DNA of 64,000 bases from Mobula hypostoma (taxonomy: Eukaryota). Position 1 is the stretch's first letter. Every line of letters starts with the position of its first letter. The notes beneath the pieces are model-generated. The model saw only the letters and a list, made by a program, of their open reading frames with translations. It ran no database searches and was not told the DNA's origin. This document shows positions 11,040 through 24,009 of this stretch, in pieces. The translations under genes were made by a program, and so were the position numbers. The stretch covers positions 1,054,001-1,118,000 of the forward strand of contig NC_086109.1 in the NCBI RefSeq assembly GCF_963921235.1. The letters run 5' to 3'.

Positions 11040-12840
11040 GCAAAGAAAAGACCATGCTATGTACAGACACCCAATCAGTAATAAAGATGTGGTCTGCAAG
11101 TTACAACAGGAGAGAGAAAATGTATGTAAATGGCAATGCTATGATAGTCATGGGGGATTTCATTATGCAGGTAGATTGGGAAAATCAGATTGGTACTGGG
11201 TCCCAAGAGGGGGAAGGTCTCGAATACCTATGAGATGGCTTTTTAGAGCAGCTCGTGGTCAGCTATTTTATATTGTTTTTTGAGCAATGAACTACAACTG
11301 ATCAGAGAGCTTCAGGTAAAGAAAACTATGAAGCCAGTATTCATAATATGATAAAATTTACCCTGCAATTTAGAGAAGGAGAAGATAAAGTCCATAAGAC
11401 CATAAGACATAGGAGCAGAATTAGGCCATTCAGCCCATCGAGTCTGTTCCACCATTCCATCAAGGCTGATCGCGGATGCCACTCAACCCCATACACCTGC
11501 CTTCTTGCCATATCAGGAAATGATCAACTTCCACCTCCTCTTCCACCGCAGTCTGTGGCAGAACATTTCACAAATTCACTACTCTCTGGCTAAAAGAACT
11601 CCTCCTTACCTCGGTTCTAAAGGGTCGCCCCTCAATTTTGAGGTTGTGCTCTCTAGTTCTGGATACTCCCACCACAGGAAACATCTTCTCCACATCCACC
11701 CTATCTAGTCCTTTCAACATTCGGTAGGTTTCAATGAGATCCCCCCACATTCTCCTAAATTCCAGTGAGTAAAGGCCCAAAGCTGCCAAATGTTCCTCAT
11801 ATGTTAACCCCTTTATTCCTGGAATCATTTTCATGAACCTCCTCTGGACTCTCTCCAATGATAACACATCCTTCTCAGATATGGGCCCAAAACTGTTGAC
11901 AATACTCTAGGTTCAGCCTGACTAGTGTCTTATAAAGGCTCAGCGTTATCTCCTTATTTTTACATTCTATTCCCTTTGAAATAAATAGCAACATTGTATT
12001 TGCCTTCTTCACCACAGACAAAACATTTAAATTCACCTTCTGGGAATCTTGCACGAGGACTCCGAAGTCCCTCTGCACATCTGATGTTTGGATAATAGTC
12101 TGCACTATTGTTCCTTTTACCAAAGTACATTATCATACATTTCTTAACACTGTATTCCATCTGCCACTTTTTTGCCCATTCTTCCAATTTGTCTAAGTCC
12201 TACAGCAACCACATTGCTTCCTCAGCACTACCAACCCCTCCACCTGTCTTCACATCATCTGCAAACTTTGCCATAAAGCCATCAATTCCACTAGCTAAAT
12301 CATTGACAAACAACGTGAAAAGTAGCGGTACCAATACTGACCCCTGAGGAACACCACTAGTCACTGGCAGCCAATCAGACAAGGCCCCCTTTTATTCCCA
12401 CTCGCTGCCTCTTGCCTGTCAGCCATTCCCCTATCCATGTCAGTATCTTTCTGTAACTCCATAGGTTTTTATCTTGTTAAGCAGCCTCACCTGTAGCATC
12501 TTATCAAACGCCTTCTGAAAGTCCAAGTAAATGACATCCACTGCCTCTCCTTTGTCAACCCTGCTTGGTACTTCCTTGAAGATCTCTAACAGATTTGTCA
12601 GGCAAGATTTCCTTTGACGGAAATCATGCTGATTTTGTCTTATTTTATCATTCGTCTCCAAGTACCCCGAAACCTCATCCTTAATAATAGACTGATACAT
12701 GTGAGTTATGCTTCTCCCTCTCAAATTGCGGTATGAATTCAACCATATCATGATCACTGCTTCCTAATGGTTTCTTTACATTAAGTTCCCTAATAAGATC
12801 TGAGTTATTACACAACACCCAATCTAATATAGCCTTTCTC
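11040..12840. mobile_element. CR1 EN fragment (+, 11040-11390) and CR1 RT/3' end (-, 11393-12840)
   Basis: cataagaccataagacataggagcag tail; SGVPQGSVLVPLLFTLFVNDL..KFADD; DFQKAFDK. Confidence 0.88.
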
Positions 12841-15010
12841 CTACATTCCTTGTTTCTTTTTCGTGTGCACAGAATTGCCTATCTGTCCCCTTCACTATAG
12901 AGTACCCTATTACTACTGCCATCCTGTTCAGTTCTCTACCCTTCTGAGCCACAGGGCCCTGCCAACAGTACTCAAAATGGAGTACCTGTTGTTGAGGGGG
13001 ACAGCCACAAGGGTACTCTCCACTATCTGAGGTTCTCCTTTCCCTCTCCTGACAGTCACCCATTTATCTGTCTCCTTTAGCCTGGAGTGACTACCTCCCT
13101 GTAGTTCCTGTCTATCACCTCTTCACTTTCCCAAACAAGCTGAAGATCATTGAGCTGTAGTTCCAGTTCCTTAATACGGTCTCTAAGGAGCTGCGGGTGT
13201 GGCTGGGAGTCCCCTGGAAATTCCTCATCTGTAGACAACCTCCTATTCTCTCAAGAGTTAAATAAGAAATAAGATATAAGAATGAAAGAATGGACTTATC
13301 TCCTTACCTTACCTCCGCCTGTTCTCGCTGAAGACCTGATGAGCCAAAGCCTTACCACTCTGACTCAGACCATTCCCATAATAATCGCTCTGACAATGAT
13401 CGCTCGCTGGACGGTACCCCTCTTTTATGGAGAATCGTTTTTTTAAAGCTCTTTGCTGGACTTGCACTGGGAATGTTTCTACTGAGGGGCATCCTTTTAG
13501 AACAGAGATGAGGAGGAATTTCTTTAGCCAGAGCGTGGTGAATCTGTGGAATTCATTACCACAGGCAGTAGTTGTGTATATTTAAGACAGAGGTTGACAG
13601 ATTCTTGATTGGTCAGGACATGAAGGGATACTGGGAGAAGGCAGGAGATTGGGGCTGAGAGGAAAGTTGGATCAGCCATGATGAAATGGCAGAGCAGACT
13701 CGATGGGCCAAATGGTCTTATTAATCATTCATTCCTGCCCTCTCTCAATAAATTTTCAGTGATGACTACAACATGCTATTTCCATGTACTGATCCATACT
13801 CTGCTCATCACCTGTACTTATAATACTCTGAGCATGAAACTATATACCCTGCAAAATATCTGAGCCATCATACCTATGGTTTTAATTATTCCTTTCAATA
13901 CTTGCCTTCAATACATTTACCTTCTGGTCCGATCCTTCCCTTACCGATCTGGGGCTCCAGTTCCCAGCCCCCGGCTAAACTAGTTTAAATTCTCCTGAGT
14001 AGCATCAGCAAGCCTTGTGGCCAGACTATTGGTTCCCCTCTAGTTCATGAGCAACCCGTCCCTCTTGTGCAGGTCACTCCTTCCCCAGAAAAGGTTCCAA
14101 TGATCCAAGAACTTGTCCCCTGCACCATCTCTGCAGCCACTCATTCCTCTGGCTGTCACCCCATTCCTATCTGCACTAGCCCATGGTACAGGGAGTAACT
14201 CTTCAGCCTCTTTCCTAACTCGATATACTCACTGCATCTTGGAGCCAATATGCACCATTATCTCTGGCTGTTCCATCTCCCCTTTGATAATATCCAGCAG
14301 CCACACCAATACATCATGGACTCTAGCACCCGGGAGGCAACACACCATCCTGGTGTCTCTTTTGCGGCCACAGGATCTCCTTTCTGTTCCACTACCTTTC
14401 GAGTCCCCTATAACTACCTCACTGTCTGACTTTACCCTTCCCTGTTGAGCCACAGAGTGCCACTGCCTGGCTGCTGCAGTCCACTGATGGGTCATCCCTC
14501 CAGCAGTATCCAAAGAGTTACACTTGTTGCTGAGGGGAATGGCCACAGGGCAACCCTGCACTGAATTCTTAATCCCCTTACCCATCTGCTGTCTGAAGCC
14601 TGTACTCTGGGTGTGACCACCTCTTCAAAGGTCTTGTCTACAATTTCTTCAGCCCCCTGAATGCTGCTGAGTATATCCAACTCCTTGGCTCAATCAGTCA
14701 GGCGCTGTACTTCCCACAGATGTAGTCATCAGGGAAACCTGAATTCCCACATTTGATGGGAGCAGCAGTCTATCTTGACTACTTTCTGTTAAAAAAGAGA
14801 AAGGCTTGCCTCTTCTTAATCATGCCTTCACTCATTCACGCAGAAGCCTGTTAATCTGTCACGAGCACACTCCAACAATGTCGTTTCACCTGAGCCTACC
14901 CTCCTTTCATTTGCAGCTGAGTTTAGGCCTCTGATGCCAACATTTTCTGTACATGCGCAGCTCAAAAAGACTGGCCTTGCCCAGATCTGTTCTTTTTATC
15001 TTCTGCCAAA
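12840..15010 (-). mobile_element. CR1 5'UTR/ORF1 (SGNH esterase-like) fragments, two copies, plus a + strand CR1 3' end near 13470-13720
   Basis: AVVIGYSIVKGTDRQFC; VVIGDS...MVCCLPGARVHDV...QPEIMVHIG. Confidence 0.8.
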
Positions 15011-15019
15011 CGTTAGAAT

Positions 15020-18000
15020 AGTTATGGGGGATTTCAATATGCAAGTAGATTGGGAAAATCAGGTAGGTGTTGGATTCTAACAAGGGGAATTTGTAGAATG
15101 CCTACGAAATGACTTTTTAGAGCAACACATAGGAGAGGTCATTAGGGATCAGCTTTTCCAGATTGGGTGTTGTGCAATGACCCAGAATTGGTTAGAGAGC
15201 TTAAGGTAAAAGAACCCTTGGGGAAAGTGATCATAATACACTTGATAGAGGTGTACAAGATAATAAGAGGCATTGATTGCATGGATAGTCAGACGCTTTT
15301 TCCCAGAGCTGAAATGGCTAACACGAGAGGGCACAGTTTTAAGGTGCTTGGAAATAGGTACAGAGGAGATGTCAGGGGTAAGTTTTTTACACAGAGAGTG
15401 GTGAGTGCGTGAAATGGGCTACCGGCGATGGTGGTGGAGGTGGAAATGATAGGGACTCCTGGATAGGTACATGGAGCTTAGAAAATAGAGGGCTCTGGGT
15501 AAGCCGAGGTAGTTTCTAAGGTAAGGACGTGTTTGGCACAGCTTTGTGGGCCGAAGGGCCTGTATTGTGCTGTAGATTTTCTATGTTTCTATAATATAAT
15601 ATAATTTACCTTGCAATTTGAGAAGGAAAAGCTAAAGTCAGATGTGTCAGTATGCATCAGTGGAGTAAATGGAACTACAGAGGCATGAGAGAGGAGCTGA
15701 TTGGAAGGAAACACCAGCAGGGATGACAGCAGAGCAGCAATGGCTGGGGTTTCAGGGAGTTATTCAGAAGACACAAGATAGATACAGCACAATTATTCTA
15801 AAGGCAGGATGATGCAACCGTGGCTGACAAGAGGTCCATAAGATCATAAGTCACAGGAGCAGAATTAGGTCATTCAATCCATCGAGTCTGCTCCACCATT
15901 TAATCATGGCTGATCCCAGATCCTATTCAACCCCATACATCTTCTCACCATGTCCTTTGATGCCCACACCGATCAGGAAATAATCAACTTTCCCCTTAAA
16001 TATACGCACAGACTTGACCTATACCACAGTTTCTGGCAGAATATTCCACAGAATTACTACTGTCTGGCTAAAAAAATTTCTCCTTACCTCTGTTCTAAAA
16101 AGATCACCCCTCAATTTTCAGGCTGTGCCTTCTAGTTCTGGGTACCCCCAACATAGCAAAAACATCCTCTCCACATCCACCCTATCTCGTCCTTTCAACA
16201 TTCAGTATGTTTTAATGAGATCTCACACACTCTTCTAAATTCCAGTGAATACAGGCCCAAAGCTGCCAAACACTCCATATGTTAACCGCCTCATTCCCAG
16301 AATCATCCTCATGAACCTCCTCTGGACTCTCTCCAATGACAACACATCCTTTCTGAGATACGGGGCCCAAAACTGTTGACAATACTCCAAGTGCAGTTTG
16401 ACCAGTGTCTTATAAAGCCTCAGCATTATCTTCTTGCTTTTATATTCTCTTCCCCTTGAAATAAATGCCAACAACAAAGTCAAAAGGAGAGTAGATAATC
16501 GAGCAAAAGTTAATGGGAAGTTAGTTTGTGAATCCATTAAAAACTAAAAGAAAGCAACTTAAAAAGGTAAAAACAAGGAAAAAATGGAATACAAAAATAA
16601 TCTAGTCAATAATATTGGAAGATACCAGAAGTTTCTTCAGATATATAAAGTGTAAAAGAGAGTAGATATTGGAACTCTGAAAAACAATGCTGGAGAGGTA
16701 GTCATGGGAGACAAGGAAATGGTGGATGAATTGAGTAACAGTGCAAAACATCAGCATATGCCGGTTTGAGAGTGTCACTGAGCAGAAGTGAGTAACATTG
16801 CCATTACCAGGGAAAAATGCTTGGGAAACTAAAAGGTCTGAAGATAGATAAGTCACCTGGACCAGATGGTGTACACCCCAGTGTTCTGAAAGAGGTGGCT
16901 GCAGAGATTGTAGAGGCACTCGTAATGATCTTTCAAGAATCGATGGATACTGGCATGGTTTTGGAGGACTAGAAAATTGCGCATATTACTCCAGTCTTCA
17001 AGAAGGGAAAGAGGCAGAAGAAAGGAAATTATCGGTCAGTTAGTCTGACCTCAGTGGTTGGGAAGATACTGGAGTCGATTGTTAAGGATGTAGTTTCAGG
17101 ATACTTGGAGGCACATGACAAAATAGGCTGTAATCAGCACGGTTTCCTTACGGTGAAAATCTTGTCTGATAAATCTGTTGGAATTCTTTGAAGAAATAAC
17201 AAGCAGGATAGATAAAGGAGAGTCGGTTGATCTTATGTGCTTGGGTTTTCAGAAGGCCTTTGACAAGATGCCACATAGGAGGCCGCTTAACAAGGTAAGG
17301 ATTATGGTGTTACAGAAAAGATTCTAGCATGAATATAGCAGCGACTGATTGGCAGCTGGCAAAGAGTGGGAATAAAGGAAGCCTTTTCCAGTTGGCTGCC
17401 AATGACTAGTGGTGTTCCATGGGAGTCTGTGTTAGCACTGCTTCTTTTTACTTCAAATGTTAATAACTTGGGTGATAGAATTGATGACTTTGTGGCCAAG
17501 GTTGCAGACAATATGATAGATGGAGGGGCAGGTAGTTGTGAGGAAATAAGGAGGCTACAGAAGGACTTACACAGATTAGGAGAATGGGCAAATAAGTGGC
17601 AGATGGAGTACAGTATAACAAGTATTCACTTTAATGTTACTGGTTATGCACTTTGGTAGAAAAATAAAAGGGTAGACTATTTTCTAAAAGGAAAGAAAAT
17701 TCAAAAATCTCAGGTGCAAAGGGACTTGGGATTCCCTAAAGGTTAATTTGCAAGTTGAGTCTATGGTGAGGAAGGCAAATGCAATGTTAGCATTCATTTC
17801 AAGAGAACTCAAATATAAAAGCAAAGATGTAATGTTAAGGCTTTATAAAGCAATGGAGAGGCTTCACTTGGTGTATTGTGAGCAGTTTTGAGCCCTTTAT
17901 TTAAAAAGGGAGCTGCTGACATTGGAGAGGGCTCAACTGAGGTTCACAAAAAGAATTCTGGGATTGAAAGGCTTGTCATATGCCATGAGGAGGTACCTGG

Positions 18001-18900
18001 CATCCCCATCCCAGTCCCTTCCACATGAACATTGATTTCTCTAACTTCCGTTAATGCCCCTCCTCCACTTCTTACCTCATCCCTTATTTATTTTTATTCC
18101 CCCCTTTTTTTCTTTTTTTCCTTTTCTCTCTGTCCTTCTCACAATTATTCCTTGCCTGCTCTCCATCTTCCTCTGGGCTCCCCTCCCCCTTTCTTTCTCC
18201 CTAGGTCTCCAGTCCCATTATCCTCCCCCTTCTCCAACTCTGTATCCCTTTTGCCGATCAACTTTCCAGCTCTTAGCTTCTTCCCTCCCCCTCCTGTCTT
18301 CTCCTATCATTTTGGATCTCCCCCTCCCCCTGCCACTTTCAAATCTCTTACTATTTCTTCTTTCAGTTAGTCCTGACAAAGGGTCTCGTCCCGAAATGCC
18401 GACTGTACTTCTTCCTATAGATGCTGCCTGGCCAGCTGCGTTCCACCAGCATTTTTTGTGTGTGGCTTGTCATATGAGCAGTGTTTGATGGCTCTAGGCC
18501 TGTATTCACTAGAATTCAGAAGACTGGGGGTGGAGTGGAATCTAATTGAAACGTCAAATATTGAAAGACCTCAACAGAGTTGACGTGGAGAGGATTTTCC
18601 TACGGTGCAGGGCTCTAAGACCAGAGGACACAGTGTCTGAATAGAGGGACGTCAATTTAGAACAGAGATAAGGAAGAATTTATTTAGAAAGTGGTGAAAC
18701 TGAGGAATTAATTGGCACAAGTGGCTATGAAGGTCAAGTCATTGGGTATATTTAAGGTAGAGGCTGATAGATTCTTGATTAGTCAGGGCATGAAGGGATA
18801 TGGAGAGAAGGTAGGAGACTGGGCCACCATGATGAAATGGCAGAGCAGACATGATGGGTCAGAGGGCCTTATCCTGCTCGTATATCTTATAATCTTATAT
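15020..18900 (+). mobile_element. CR1 ORF2 (EN to 3' end) with nested CR1 3' fragments (about 15240-15592 +, 15836-16470 -) and a Penelope insert
   Basis: VMGDFNMQ-type EN motif, SGVPWESVL, RLQKDLHRLGEWA, several CR1 tails. Confidence 0.85.
17983..18463 (+). mobile_element. Penelope 3' fragment/pLTR with degenerate hammerhead (18368-18405)
   Basis: 13-bp TSD ggcttgtcatatg (17970-17982, 18464-18476); ctgacaaagggtctcgtcccgaaatgccgactg. Confidence 0.88.
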
Positions 18901-20250
18901 CACTGAAACTAGTCTCCCCGCCACGGATTCTATCTGTACTTCTCACTGTCTCAGTAGAACAGCAAGTAAATCAATGACAGAAATTCTCTCTTCTCCTCAT
19001 ACAGAAGATACCAAAGTCTGAAAGCGTGCTCGAGGACAGATTGGATCCAGCTGGTGTAAGACTATTGCATGTTTCCCTAGTACGATGAGATAGGCTACTG
19101 AACTCACAATCTATCCTGTAGCAATTTTGCATTTCCTGCAAAGCACTTTCTCTGTATCTATAAAACTTCTTTCTTCACTCTGTTGTTGGTTTACCTTGCA
19201 CTACTTCAATACACTGTTGTAAAGAAAAAAGAATTTCTGGATGTATATTACATACATTTCTCTGACATTAAATGTACCTATTAAAACTTAATGATTGATA
19301 TTAATAACACTATGCAAAACGTGTTTTCCCTGTATCATGGTACTCGTAAAAATAATTAGGCAATTTCTCAATTTACCAATAGCAATTTGAAGAAATTATG
19401 GAAACACATGCTCTCAAAGATAAAGATTGGGATTCAGGTTGTATAAAGGGCTATTAAGTATGAATTAAGGAAAATTTGGAAAGTCTATGATTAAATGTAT
19501 AAAGCTTTGCTTTAAGGGATAATCAGCTGTAACAACTTCGAAGACCTACTACAGAAGAGGTAGACCCTGAGGCCAAGTCCAAATCCTAGCCACGTTCATC
19601 CAGAGTGGTAATATCCAAAAACATTTTGTGAGGTTTGGACGTTATGGACGTAAAACAGAGAGTTGAGCCAGTAACTAAAATACTAAAGAGTTCAGTAACT
19701 GTTTCAGACTACGTGCTGAATCTTTCGAGTTGTTTCAAACAATCCTAATTAATAAGGAAGTACAGTTTTTAAAGTGGAAGTATTGTCTGGCGTGTTTGAT
19801 TGTGTGCTATGTTTAATTAGACATTGTCCCACAAGATGAGAAACAAGCATTCATTAGGGAAACCATTATATGTGAATAGATCAGCACCTGGATCAACAAG
19901 ATATGAAAACATTTCTTCAATCATCATTTCTAATTATAATACTTTCCGCGAAAAGCTTGGCAGCATCACGTCCCATCTTAGTCCCTCTCCCATTCTTTGA
20001 TTTCCTAACTAATTCTCCAATTATTTCTATTTCCCACTCCGCTAATGTCGCGTTTCTCCGTTATCTGTTGTTCTGCACGATCAACATAATTTGACTTTTA
20101 TCCTTCAAAGTTCAAAGTCAATTTATTATCAAAGTCCTTAGACATTACCATCTACTACCTTGAGATTTATTTTCTTGCAGGCATTTGCTGAGAAAAAAAC
20201 ATGAAATACAATTGAATTTATGAAAAACAACATAGATAAAGGCTGACAAA

Positions 20251-20415
20251 TGCAACACACATCATGCTGGAGGACACTGTCCCGATGAAGGGTCTCGGCC
20301 CGAAATGTCGACTGTTTACTCTTTTCCATAGACGCTGCCTGGCCTGCTGAGTTCCTCCAACATTTTGTGTGCGTTGCTTTGGATTTCTAGTATCTGCAGA
20401 TTTTCTCTTGTTTGG
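20251..20415 (+). mobile_element. Short Penelope pLTR insert with short inverted arm, inside a minus-strand LINE 3' UTR (tail at 20104)
   Basis: 13-bp TSD aaaggctgacaaa (20238-20250, 20416-20428); hammerhead variant ccgatgaagggtctcggcccgaaatgtcgactg. Confidence 0.85.
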
Positions 20416-21164
20416 AAAGGCTGACAAACAACTGGTGCCGCTGCGTTCGGACACAGCAGCCACTCCTGGTGCATTTACTTGTATTGTACACGTTTATTTA
20501 AGATCGAGTCACTACTGGATACTAGAAATATCAGGTACTGCAGCTCTATCCATTAGCAAATCGCTCGGTAACGATGGAGCTGGGCATGTTGCTGCTTGGA
20601 CTTGTTCTGCACCGTTGGACGGTGCGGAGTTCCAGTCATTTTCTTGATCGCAGGTCCCTGTTTGACACTGGTAACGTAGAATACAGCAAGCCAGCAAGCT
20701 TCCCCGTTTCACTGGCAAGACCAATGAGGTGCGAGCTGCGTTGCCTTGATTGCGATAAGGACGCCTATTGCAGCTGCCCGGAGGAGACACCGAGGCAGAG
20801 TGGGAGAGAAGGCTTGTTGGAATCCGTATGGGGTTGTGGACTCGTCCTCGTCGGTGCTGCCCTCTAGTGTTCTTTCAGAGCTGCCTGTCATTGTTTTGTC
20901 GGTGCTGCCCTCTGCTGTTCGCTCAGTGGAAGAATAAGCTGGACCAGAACATGCCACTCAGGGACTAGGCTATTTTTTTTCGTGACTGTACGTTTTTCTA
21001 AACACAATGCATTCTGCAGATGCTGGAAAGCCAAATCAACACACATAAAATGCTGAATGAACTCAGCAGGTTAGGCATCATCAATGAAAGTGAAGAAACA
21101 GTCGACGTTTTGGACCTGGACACTTCTTCAAGTATGTTTTTCTGCTGTTATAACCATAAGTGCA

Positions 21165-21442
21165 TGTGTGCTATGTGCTATGCACCATGTGCTATGTGCT
21201 ATGTGCCATGTGCTATGTGCCATGTACTATGTGCTATGTACCATGTACCATGTACCATGTACTATGTGCTATGTACTATGTGCTATGTACTATGTTCTAT
21301 GTGCTATGTACCATGTGCTATGTACTATGTACCATGTGCTATGTACTAGGTGCCATGTACTATGTGCTATGTGCTATGTGCTATGTGCTATGTGCTATGT
21401 GCTATGTGCTATGTGCTATGTGCTATGTGCTATGTGCTATGT
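21165..21442. repeat. (ATGTGCT)n 7-bp microsatellite
   Basis: Direct inspection; variants atgtacc and atgtact. Confidence 0.97.
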
Positions 21443-21594
21443 CCTGAGGGCTTCTGGTAATGTGATTGGAACCTTGGGACTGGAGGAATGCTGTTTCTCT
21501 TGTCTATATTAGCCAATTTCCCCCGGGATCAATAAAGTATGACTATGACTATATTCATGTATGGTTGAATAATAATTAAACTTGAACTTGAACC

Positions 21595-22420
21595 AATTTA
21601 AAAAAGAATGCAAACTGTGCACTTCCTGAGGAAGTGAGCCGGATGGTTGTAGATTCAGTATAGTCTAGTCGTGATTGAAATTATCCATTGCCTTTTCAGG
21701 AGCCGGATGGTTGTAAAATTATAACTGTTTCTGGACCTGTTGAAGTGGAACCTCAGGTTTCTGTACCTTCTTCTCAAAGGTAGTAGCACGAAGAGAGCAT
21801 TGTTTAGATGTTGAGAGTGTTTCGTGATGGATGTTGCTTTCTTGTGGCAGTGCTCCATGTAAAGGTGCTCAATGCTGGGTAGGACTTCACTTGCACTGAA
21901 CTAGAATGAATCCACTACATTTTGTAGCATTTTCCATTCCTGCATTTCGGTGCCTGTGTACCAGGCCTTGATACAATCAGCGAACTTACTCTCCACTGTG
22001 CTTCTCTCGAAGTTTGTCAAGGTGTTCGGTGATATGCTGAAGCTACGTAAACCTGTATGAAGGTAGAGACACTGTCACGCCCTCCTTATGAAGGCACATA
22101 CATGCTGGTCCTATGACAAACCCTCTGATATCACAACACCAGGGCTTTAAGGCTACTCACCCGCTCCACCTATGTTCCCCAAAAGAGGACTGGCTTATGG
22201 ATCTCCTGTTTCTTCCTCATGTAGTCGATAATCAGCTCTTTGCTTTTGCTGATCTTCAGTGAGAGTTTGTTGTAATGGTACCACTCAACCAGGTTTTCAA
22301 TCTCCCTCCTAGATGCATAATCATCACCACCTTTGTTTCGGCCAACAACAGTGGTGTCATCAGCAAACTTAAATACAGAATTGGAGTTGTACTGTGTGAC
22401 ACAATTACAAGTATAAAGTG
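21595..22420 (-). mobile_element. Degraded Rex1/Babar RT 3' fragment
   Basis: [36 protein letters not shown]-type sequence near 22330-22375. Confidence 0.75.
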
Positions 22421-22499
22421 TATAGAACAGTGTATAGAACAGCAGATAGAGAGAGAGAGAGAGAGACTTTCAGTTTCCCTAGAACCTGCTCCCTAATAA

Positions 22500-23677
22500 T
22501 GAATCCTGACCTGGCACTCCCACCATACTGCTAGTGTCTTCAACAGTGAAGACTGATGCAAAATACTATTCAGTTCAGTTCATCTGCCATTTTTTGTCCC
22601 CCATTACTACCTCTCCAGCATCATTTTCAAGTAGACAAAATATCCACTCTCACCACAAGCAAGAGAAAATCTGCAGATGCTGGAAATTCGAGCAACACAC
22701 ACAAAATGCTGGAGGAGCTCAGCTGGCCAGGCAGCACCTATGGAGAACGGCCCAAAACATCGACTGTACTTTTTCTCCATTAATGCTGCCTGGCCTGCTC
22801 AGTCCCTGCAGCATTGTGTGTGTGTTACTCCACTCACACTTCTCTTTTACACTTTATGTATCTGAAAAACTTCCTTGGCATCCTGTTGAATATTATTGGC
22901 TAGCTTACTTTCATATTCCAACTTTACCTTAATGACTTTTTTAGTTGCCTTCTGTTAGTTTTTTAAAGCTTCTCAATCCTCCAACTTCCCACTAAATTTT
23001 GCTCTATTATATGCCCTCTCTTTGGCTTTTATGTTGGCTTTGACTTCTCTTGTTAACCACGGTTGTGTCATCTTTCTTTTAGAATACTTCTTTCTCATTA
23101 GGATGTATATATCCGTGCCTTCCAAATTACTTCCAGAAATTCTAGCCACTGCTGCTCTACTGTTATCCCTGGCAGTGTTCTTTTCCAATCAATTGTGGCC
23201 ATCTCTTCTTTCATGCCTCTGTAATTCCCTTTACTCCACTGTAGTACTGATACATCTGACTTCAGCTTCTCCTTCTCAAATTTCAGGGTGAATTTGATCA
23301 TATTCTGATCACTTTCCCCCAAGTGTTCTTTTACCTCAAGCCCTCAGTTCAATTCTGGTTCATTGCACAACATCCAATCCAGAATAGCTGATCCTTTAGT
23401 GGGCTCAGCCACAAGCTGCTCTGAAAAGTCATCTCAGAGGCTCTCTGGAAATTGCCCCTCCTGTAATCCAGCACCAACCTGATTTTCCTAATCTACCTGC
23501 ATATCGAATTCCCCTTTGACTATTGTAACATTGCCCTTTTGGCATGTATTTTCTATCTACGATTGTAATTCATAGACCACATCTTTGCTACTGATTGGAG
23601 GGCTGTATACAACTCCCATCAGGGTCTTTTTGCCCTTGCAGATCCTTAGCTCTATCCACAATGATTCAACACCTTAT
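22500..23677 (-). mobile_element. CR1 EN/linker fragment
   Basis: SDQNMIKFTLKFEKEKLKSDVSVLQW; QPWLTREVKANIKAKERAY. Confidence 0.85.
22654..22828. mobile_element. Fold-back Penelope pLTR mini-insert
   Basis: Inverted arms; TSD tccactctcac/tccactcacac (22643-22653, 22829-22839). Confidence 0.82.
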
Positions 23678-23679
23678 GG

Positions 23680-24008
23680 TTTGAACCAAAATGGAAGAGA
23701 ACAAAAGTTACCTGAGGCATGAAGTTACATAGCCCTTGGACCAGAGCCAATAAGATGGTGTTATGGGTCAGTTAGATGACCCTTAGCCAATAACATTGAA
23801 ATACAACATTTGAACTGGTAACGAATGAATATAAATGCAGATACTTCAAATGCAAAAGTAGCAATACTTCTCCCACCATCATGGATGTGGAGGACCCCAT
23901 GGACACTTGGAGATCAGAGCAGCACCACGAGGATTACCTGGCCAGCATAGCCTGATATTACCTTTTCTATTCTTTGACTGTTCATGGAGGGTCAGGAATA
24001 CTTAGTAA
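23680..24008 (+). mobile_element. LTR-like promoter fragment (2 CCAAT boxes + TATA)
   Basis: agccaat 23745 and 23785, tataaat 23830; wedged between unrelated LINE fragments. Confidence 0.45.
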
Positions 24009-24009
24009 G

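Noticed and set aside
21020..21512. Cys/Met-rich ORFs resembling metallothionein or keratin-associated proteins
   Set aside because: Translations of the (ATGTGCT)n microsatellite, open in all three frames
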